64,000 bases of DNA from Eledone cirrhosa (lineage: Eukaryota), in contig OZ024741.1 in NCBI GenBank assembly GCA_964016885.1, positions 333,312,001 to 333,376,000 of the forward strand. The letters run 5' to 3'. Positions 56,665 through 64,000 of this stretch are shown piece after piece. Each line of letters opens with the position of its first letter. The first letter of the stretch is position 1. Under the pieces are notes generated by a model. It was not told the DNA's origin, made no database searches, and worked only from the letters and a program-made list of their open reading frames with translations. The position numbers and the translations under genes were made by a program.

Positions 56665-56924
56665 ATATATATATAATTTTAGCAAGAATCGCATTTGGGC
56701 GAGTAGAAATTAGCAAAACGCAACTTCCAAATTGTGTTGGCGAGCGCTCAATGGATATGAAGATACCACATATATATATATATATATATATATATAGTAT
56801 ACGATGGACTATCTGAGATTCAAAGTATTAGCTTCGTTTCAATCTCTTTGAGAATTACAGAAAGGGTACATGTGTCTGTGGAATGCTCAGCTATTTGCAT
56901 ATGAATTTCATGATTAGGCAGACC

Positions 56925-57057
56925 TGTTAATCAAACAACTGGAACACTCATCATTGGAACCAATGGAGGACCATTCTGTAGAATATGAAAGCAAGGCTGT
57001 TCTGTCAATTAAACAACTGGAACACTCATCATTGGAACCAATGGAGGACCATTCTGT
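56925..57057 (+). repeat. Direct duplication of ~46 bp in an old repeat
   Basis: aaacaactggaacactcatcattggaaccaatggaggaccattctgt at ~56933 and ~57011. Confidence 0.85.
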
Positions 57058-57221
57058 TGAGTAAGAAATCAAGTGAGCCATGAGAGTTTATAACTGTCAA
57101 GACGGCAGAACAACTACAAACAGACAAATTGGATTTTTATTGGAAAGTCCATTCTATACTTGATTAGTTATTGTTTTGTATTTGCTTTTTATTGCATACT
57201 ATATATATTTATGGAGCTTAC

Positions 57222-57275
<54 letters not shown>

Positions 57276-57366
57276 ACATGTATGTATACATATATATGTA
57301 CATATGTTTATGTGTGTATGTCTATATATATATGTGTGCATGTATATTTGTATGTACATACGTTTA

Positions 57367-57427
<61 letters not shown>

Positions 57428-57645
57428 ATATACATAATTTATGTACATGTATGTTTGTGCATACACATATGTGTATTTACATGTACACACACACACATAT
57501 ATACCTATACATATATATGTATTTACATACACATAAAACAGATACACATACACGCCCCCACACACATACATATATATATATATATACACATAAAAACACC
57601 ATGATTGTTGGATTGTTCCATCATTGCTCTTGAGTATATGTATGA

Positions 57646-57696
<51 letters not shown>

Positions 57697-58214
57697 GGTG
57701 TGTATATGTGTGTTTTTGTTGCTTTTTTTTTAAATAGTTCTCTCTGGCCTATTTTCGTTTCTTTTATTGATGGCAAGGAAAAAAAAATATTGTATATATA
57801 ACGGAAAAATTGAAAATAAAACAGCAATGAATAATAATGTTTTTCTTCTTTCATTTTCTTTCTTCAGACAAGAAAGAAGGAATATCTGGAAAAGTCAATA
57901 TATATATGTGTGTGTGTGGGTGTATTGTGTGGGTTGGTGTGTGTGTTTGTGTGTTTGTAATGTTTTTGTATGCATACATGTGGGTGGGTGTTTGTGTTTG
58001 TGAGTGTGTGTTTGTAAGTATGTGTTTGTGTGTGTGTATGCGTGTGTGTACATATGTAAATAACCATAATCACACACATATATACAAACATAAATATATA
58101 TATATATATACATACATTATACCTGACCAAAAAAACAATTCTTTTCCTTCATTTATACACAGCAATATATACATATAGGCATATACATACACATGCATAT
58201 ACTTACATACATAA

Positions 58215-59280
58215 TCATCATCATCATTATCATCATCATCATCGTTTAACGTCCATCTTCAACGCTTGCATGTGTTTGGACGGGAATTTTCCCACTTGAG
58301 GCAAGATTGGTCGTCTCACTCGTCTGGCGGGTTTTCTATGGCTGGATGCCCTTCCTAACACCAACCACGTTTACAGTGTGGACTGGGAGGTTTTTACTGT
58401 GTTACCTACACAGCCACATTACAGCGTGGACTGTGTGTTTTCTTTTTTGTGACACCTACACGACCTCATTTATTTTGGACTGGATGTTGTGGTACCAACA
58501 TAACTTTTACATCGAAAGGGGTGGTGTGGATGGGCGGGGAGGGGGGTAATTTTGTTAGAGGTGCCTACTGACTGTAGGTTTCGCTTTGTACTTAGGCCAG
58601 GCGGGTCTTCTGTATTACTGCGTAGCGCCAAAGATCTCGGTCCAGTGACATTGTCTTGGAGAGGTGTAAGTGTGTGAGGTCGGAATTTATCAAGTCGTCC
58701 GAGGTTTTTCTGGGTCTGCCTACTCCGTGGCTACCGTCTATTTTGATCGCCCTGCACTTTTTTATACAGCTGTCGTCTTTCATGCGCATCACGTGACCAT
58801 ACCAACGTAGTCTTCTCTCGAGTAAACAACATCTGATTCCTCTTATTCCTAATTTCTCCCTTAGTTCATTTATGCTTTGCCGTTCACGTATATTACTATT
58901 ACACATCCAACGGAGCATGCAAGCTTCGTTCCTCTCCAGTCTGCGTATATCCTCTGCACACAATGCCCAGGTCTCATTGCCATGTAACATCGCTGTTCGT
59001 ATGCAGGCATCATACAGCCAGCCTTTCATTTTTAGAGAGAACCCTTTAGCGACCAATAGTGGTATAAGCTCTCTGAACTTTTTCCATCCTGTTCTGACTC
59101 TAGCTACTGTACTTTCAGAGCACCCTCCACCACTGCTGATTTTGTCACCCAGGTAACAGAAGGTGTCCACTATTTCTATAAAACCATCTGTGCAATGGAA
59201 TGAGCTAGTATTCTGTGGGCATTTGCTGCTACTTATTGCACCTGAGCACCGGCCACATATAAAATCTATATTCTTAGTTA
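58215..59280 (-). mobile_element. 5'-truncated RTE LINE, same subfamily as 9855-11367
   Basis: ORF 58592-59170 is near-identical to 10253-10830; same 3'UTR and (ATG)n tail. Confidence 0.95.
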
Positions 59281-59869
59281 TATCTTACATAAATACATAT
59301 ATATCTACACACACTCAAATATACACATGCATATACATACATAACTATATATATACTACACAGATATATACACATGCATATACCTACATACATAAATACA
59401 TATATATCCACACAGAGAAATACATACACATGCGTATAATTACATACATAAATATATATATAGCCACTCATATACATACATATGCATATACTTACATACA
59501 TAAATACATATATATCCACACAGACACATACATATGCATATACTTACATACATAAATATATATATATATCCACACACACATACATACACAAGCATATATT
59601 TACATACATAAATACATATATATCCACACACACATACATAGCTGAGCAAAAAAGAAAACATTTTCTTTCAATCACACATACACAAACATTGCATACAAAC
59701 ACACACACACATATATATACATATACATACACATACACACAGATACATACATATACACAAACACAAGTGGATGAACATATATGTTTGTGTGTTTGAATAT
59801 ATGTGTGTTTATGCTTATTTACATACATACTCACACACACATACATACATACATACCCCCACACACATT

Positions 59870-60410
59870 ATCATCATCATCATCATCATTTTACGTCTGC
59901 TTTTCCCTGCTTGCAAGGGTGGGATGGGAACTGATTCTGGCTTGATTTCTACAGATGGATGCCCTTCCTAACACCAACCTCATTTACAGTGAGTGATGGG
60001 TGCTTTTTTGCCATGGCACCTCCACGACCACTTTACAGTGGGAGGGTGGGTGCTTTTTTGCCGTGGCACCTCCACGACCACTTTTACAGTGGGAGGGTGG
60101 ATGCTTTTTTGGCGTGGCACCTCCACGACCACTTTTACAGTGGGAGGGTGGATGCTTTTTTGCCGTGGCACCTCCACGACCACTTTACAGTGGGAGGGTG
60201 GGTGCTTTTTTGCCGTGGCACCTCCACAACCACTTTGCAGTGGAATGATAAGGGCCCCAGTCCCTATCATCTCATTTCTACAGCTGAGTAAACTGGAGCA
60301 ATGTGAAATAAAGTGTCTTGCTCAAGGAAACAACACATCACTTGGTCTGAGAATTGAACTCACAATCTTTCGATTGCAAGGCCAATGCTCTAACCACTAA
60401 GCCAGGTGAC
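59870..60410 (-). mobile_element. RTE-tailed SINE with an internal 50-51 bp unit expanded to ~5 copies
   Basis: Units start at 60001, 60051, 60102, 60153 and 60203. Confidence 0.92.
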
Positions 60411-60610
60411 ATACACACACACATACACAAACATGTGTGTATGTCTGTGTGAGGGGTGGAGTAGGGGTAGTTGTACATGTATGTGTCTAGGGAGTTGCAA
60501 GGCATGCAAAATGTCTTAGGTTTTAACTGTTAGTGCTCCTTTCCATTCCTTTTCACTGTCAGTGGAGTTGTATGTATAATTTGCAAGTATATATGAATGT
60601 AGGCATATGA

Positions 60611-60642
<32 letters not shown>

Positions 60643-61152
60643 GTTTGTGTGTGGGTGTGTGTGTGTATATATATGTATGTGTGTATGTGTATATATATAT
60701 ATGTATGTATGTATATGTATGTGTGTATGTATATTTATATATATATATATGTATATATATATATGTGCGTATATAAATATATATATATACACAGGGTGTT
60801 AAAAAAAAATGTATACACAATTCTAATAAATATTGCCTGTACAAGTAAGTAATCAAAGTGTGTATACATTTTTGGGGGGACATCCTGTATATATATAGTT
60901 TAGGGATTGTAATGTTGAGTTACTGTTGGTTACCAAAAAAGTGAGCACTCAATATGTAGTTTCCATTATGTACTTTGGGATTGTATTAAGCAGAGTGTAA
61001 TAATAAAAAAAAAAATAATAATAATGGATGAGGTGTCAAATTGTCATTAAGTTTATTCAGGTGTGATGTGCATTTTGTGATTGATCTGCTCAATGTTCAA
61101 TGTCTATCGATGGGGCCCAACTCTGGAATCAAAAGCTCATCAGACTCTTTGC

Positions 61153-61381
61153 TTAAACCTTTAGCATTTACATTACTCTATATTTACTATTGTATTTTCA
61201 CGGTAAAAATTTTATCTCACACAATTATTTCACATAATATCAAATCTATGAGATTTTGATATCATTTATTTTGAGAACAATATCTTGACATCAGTATGAG
61301 CAGCTGGTTATGGCTGGTTTGAACTAAAAGAGGTGAAAGGATTCTGGTCGGATATGGCCGGTTTAAATGCTAAAGGGTTAA
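61153..61381. mobile_element. piggyBac-like MITE
   Basis: ttaa-acctttagcattta ... taaatgctaaaggg-ttaa. Confidence 0.7.
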
Positions 61382-61960
61382 TGACAGAATGTATAGCATA
61401 CAGCTTTAAAAAATATATCTGTTCTCATTATTTGGGGTCGTCAGTTGTTCTTTGTTTTGATTGGTTGTTTTGGGAAGAAAAAAATATATGAAGAGGTGGT
61501 AGAGGGGAAGGGAAGATGTAGAAAGAAGAAAGTGATTGAGTAAATGAATGGATGGTGGTGGGTTACATCCAGTGGTTAAGGTGGGAATGGAGTAAGGTAC
61601 TGTTTTAATAGTGGACAGATTGGCACTTATGTGGCAATATGAGGGGGGTAAGATTTAAGGAATGATGAAAGAGGGTGAGGGTGTCAAGGGGTAGATGGGT
61701 AGTACAAAGAATGTCCTGTATTTTGGTGTCATTGAGGTAAGAGACAATAAAGATAGAAGTAAGAATAAGTGAGGATGAAAATAAAAAAATTTAAATGATA
61801 GAAGTTAGAGGCTGACAAATACAATGGTACAAATAAATAAACAAATAAATAAATAAATATATACATAAATTTGGGAAGTGATTAAATTATAGCATGGAAT
61901 ATCAATGAATAGTGATTAAACCAGTAGTAAATTAGTGAGACCATTATTAAACAGAGTACT

Positions 61961-62153
61961 AGTGAAGGATTGGCAGTATCGGTAGAGGGTCGGACACCAT
62001 GCTCTGCAGCAAAGAGTTACGGCCCTTTATAGTCTGAGTTGAAATCCCACCGAGGTTAACTTTGCCTTTTATCCTTACGGGGTCGATAAAATAAAGTACC
62101 AGTAATACACTGATATAATTGGTGGCCTTGTGCCAAAAGTAGAAACAATTATT
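61961..62153 (+). mobile_element. tRNA-derived SINE with target-site duplication
   Basis: Homologous to 7823-8015; attattaaacagagtact at 61943-61960 and 62148-62165. Confidence 0.88.
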
Positions 62154-62191
62154 AAACAGAGTACTCGATACTTGGGATAGTAGAGTGTGAC

Positions 62192-62317
62192 TATATTAGA
62201 AAGATTTGGGGCCCAACGACTGAGCACTTGATGTTTCGACAGTTAGTTCTATCCAGTTAGAACTAGCTGTCAAACAGGCAAATGTTCAGCTGTTGGGCCC
62301 CAACTCTTTCTAATATA
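62192..62317. repeat. Imperfect fold-back (~60-bp arms) next to (TA)n
   Basis: tatattagaaaga-ttggggcccaac ... gacagttagttcta / tagaactagctgtc ... gttgggccccaactctttctaatata. Confidence 0.85.
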
Positions 62318-62332
62318 TATATATATATATAA

Positions 62333-62385
<53 letters not shown>

Positions 62386-62386
62386 A

Positions 62387-62870
62387 TCATCATCATCATC
62401 ATCGTTTAATGTCTATCTTCCACCCTAGCATGGGTTTAGATGAGAGTTGTCCCACTTGAGGCAAGATTGGTTATCTTGCTCGTATAGGACTGTCTGGCAG
62501 GCTTTCTACGGCTGGATGCCCTTCCTAACACCAACCACGTTTACAGTGTGGAACTGGAAGGTTTTTACCGTGTTACCTACATGCCCACATTACAGCGTGG
62601 ACTGTGTGTTTTTGTCGTGACACATACACGACCTCATTTATTTAGGACTGGATGTTGTGGTACCAACATAACTTTACAGAGAAAGGGGTGGTGTAGATGG
62701 GGGTGTGAGGATAGGGTAGTGGGACGCGGGTGTATATTTGGTAAAGAGGTGCCTACTGACTATAGGTTTCGTTTTGTATATAGGGAAGGTGGGTCTTCTG
62801 TATTACTGCGTAGTCCCAAAGACGCAGTCCAGTGCCATTGTCTTAGAGAGGTGTAAGTGTGTAAGTGTGA
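62387..62870 (-). mobile_element. RTE LINE 3' end (mostly UTR), subfamily of 9855 and 58215
   Basis: Colinear with 58230-58680. Confidence 0.9.
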
Positions 62871-63361
62871 TATAGATACGTGTATGTATGTATATTGGAA
62901 GTTACAATCTTCACTAACCATCAAACTCAGTTTCATATTTCTGATCTTCACATTGTAAGATAAAAATGTGAAACCCGGAGTAACAGTTCGTGAAAATGTT
63001 CAACCTCCAACATATTTGATATGATACTATCTTTTGAATATAGTACTTCTTTTTCTTCTTCTTCATTGCACATTTTTGTGCCATAAAATACATACATACA
63101 TATATAGACATTCATGTATGTGTACATATATATATATACAAACAAGCATACACACATACATACATAAAAACATATGTACATACATACCTATATATATACA
63201 CATACTTATAAACATGTATGTGCACATATATACATACGTATACATACACATACAAACACACGAGTACATATATACAAACATGTACACACATTTACACATA
63301 CATATACACACATATACAAACATGCATGCATGTGTGCATATATACATACACACATGCATAA

Positions 63362-63590
63362 CCCAAAGTATAATGGAACTTGGATTTGTGGAGAAAGAAC
63401 GTAGCTCTTTATTTCATAAGCTACAAATGGTCATGATATCTGAAACCTATCAAATTAGTGAAACATTCTTATGATTCAAAGGGTGAATGCTTGCACAAGA
63501 GATGATGACAATTTCCCTTTTTTTACAGCTTTGCCACTGGGGAGGTGGCCAGGCAAAAATAAACTCAAAATTAACAGAAAGGGAGAACAT
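63362..63590 (+). mobile_element. Short 3' fragment of the R4/Dong-like element, in (TACA)n
   Basis: IMELGFVEKERSSLFHKLQM..ETFL aligns to ITDLGFADKERSSLIHSLQM..KTFL; same UTR hairpin; followed by (ACAT)n. Confidence 0.85.
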
Positions 63591-63754
63591 ACATACATAC
63601 ATACACATACATCCACACACATAGATACAAGACTATCCAATTGATGTTGACTAAATTCCAATGAAAGAGTCTCATTCCTGGACACTCACTATTGGTGAGA
63701 AAAAAAAATTGGCTTTATTGACAAGCAAGCATGCACAATGTTTGTATGCGTGTG

Positions 63755-64000
63755 GGGTGTATGTATGTATGTTTGTTTGTATGAATGGATGAAGGTATGT
63801 ATGTATGTATGGATGGATGAATGGATGGATGAAGGTATGTATGAATGGATGAAGGTATGGATGAAGGTATGTATGTATGTATGAAGGTATGGATGAAGGT
63901 ATGTATGTATGTATATTTGTATGTATGAATGGATGAAGGTATGTATGTATGAATGGATGGATGAAGGTATGTATGTATGTATGTATATCTGTATGTATGA
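63755..64000. repeat. Compound (GTAT)n/(GGAT)n/gaaggtat repeat
   Basis: Directly visible. Confidence 0.9.

Overview
AT-rich eukaryotic DNA saturated with (TA)n, (CA)n, (TACA)n and GGT/GAT microsatellites. The SINE and RTE families resemble those of octopus or other coleoid cephalopods, which is an inference from repeat motifs only. No intact host gene can be supported, and almost all ORFs in the track are translations of simple repeats. Recognisable content: (1) a decayed Penelope-like element (PLE) reverse transcriptase (Naiad-type motifs, 3.77-5.2 kb) with an inverted pseudo-LTR; (2) several (TA)n-embedded fold-back elements; (3) five different minimal hammerhead-ribozyme motifs with palindromic stem III (three with intact cores, two degenerate), one in the PLE pseudo-LTR and the rest in (TA)n-flanked blocks; (4) about eight 5'-truncated RTE-clade LINE fragments, five of which retain all or part of a C4HC3 PHD-type finger inserted inside the RT; (5) an R4/Dong-like RLE retrotransposon inserted in (TACA)n; (6) several tRNA-derived SINE families, one with a tail that is a mosaic of two different RTE 3' ends; (7) piggyBac-like MITEs and a Helitron-like element; (8) a ~14.3 kb strand-skewed 21/27-bp satellite with a ~2.2 kb higher-order duplication. 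The most notable system is the set of PLE-derived hammerhead-bearing fold-backs in (TA)n. All coordinates were read by eye and may be off by a few bases.
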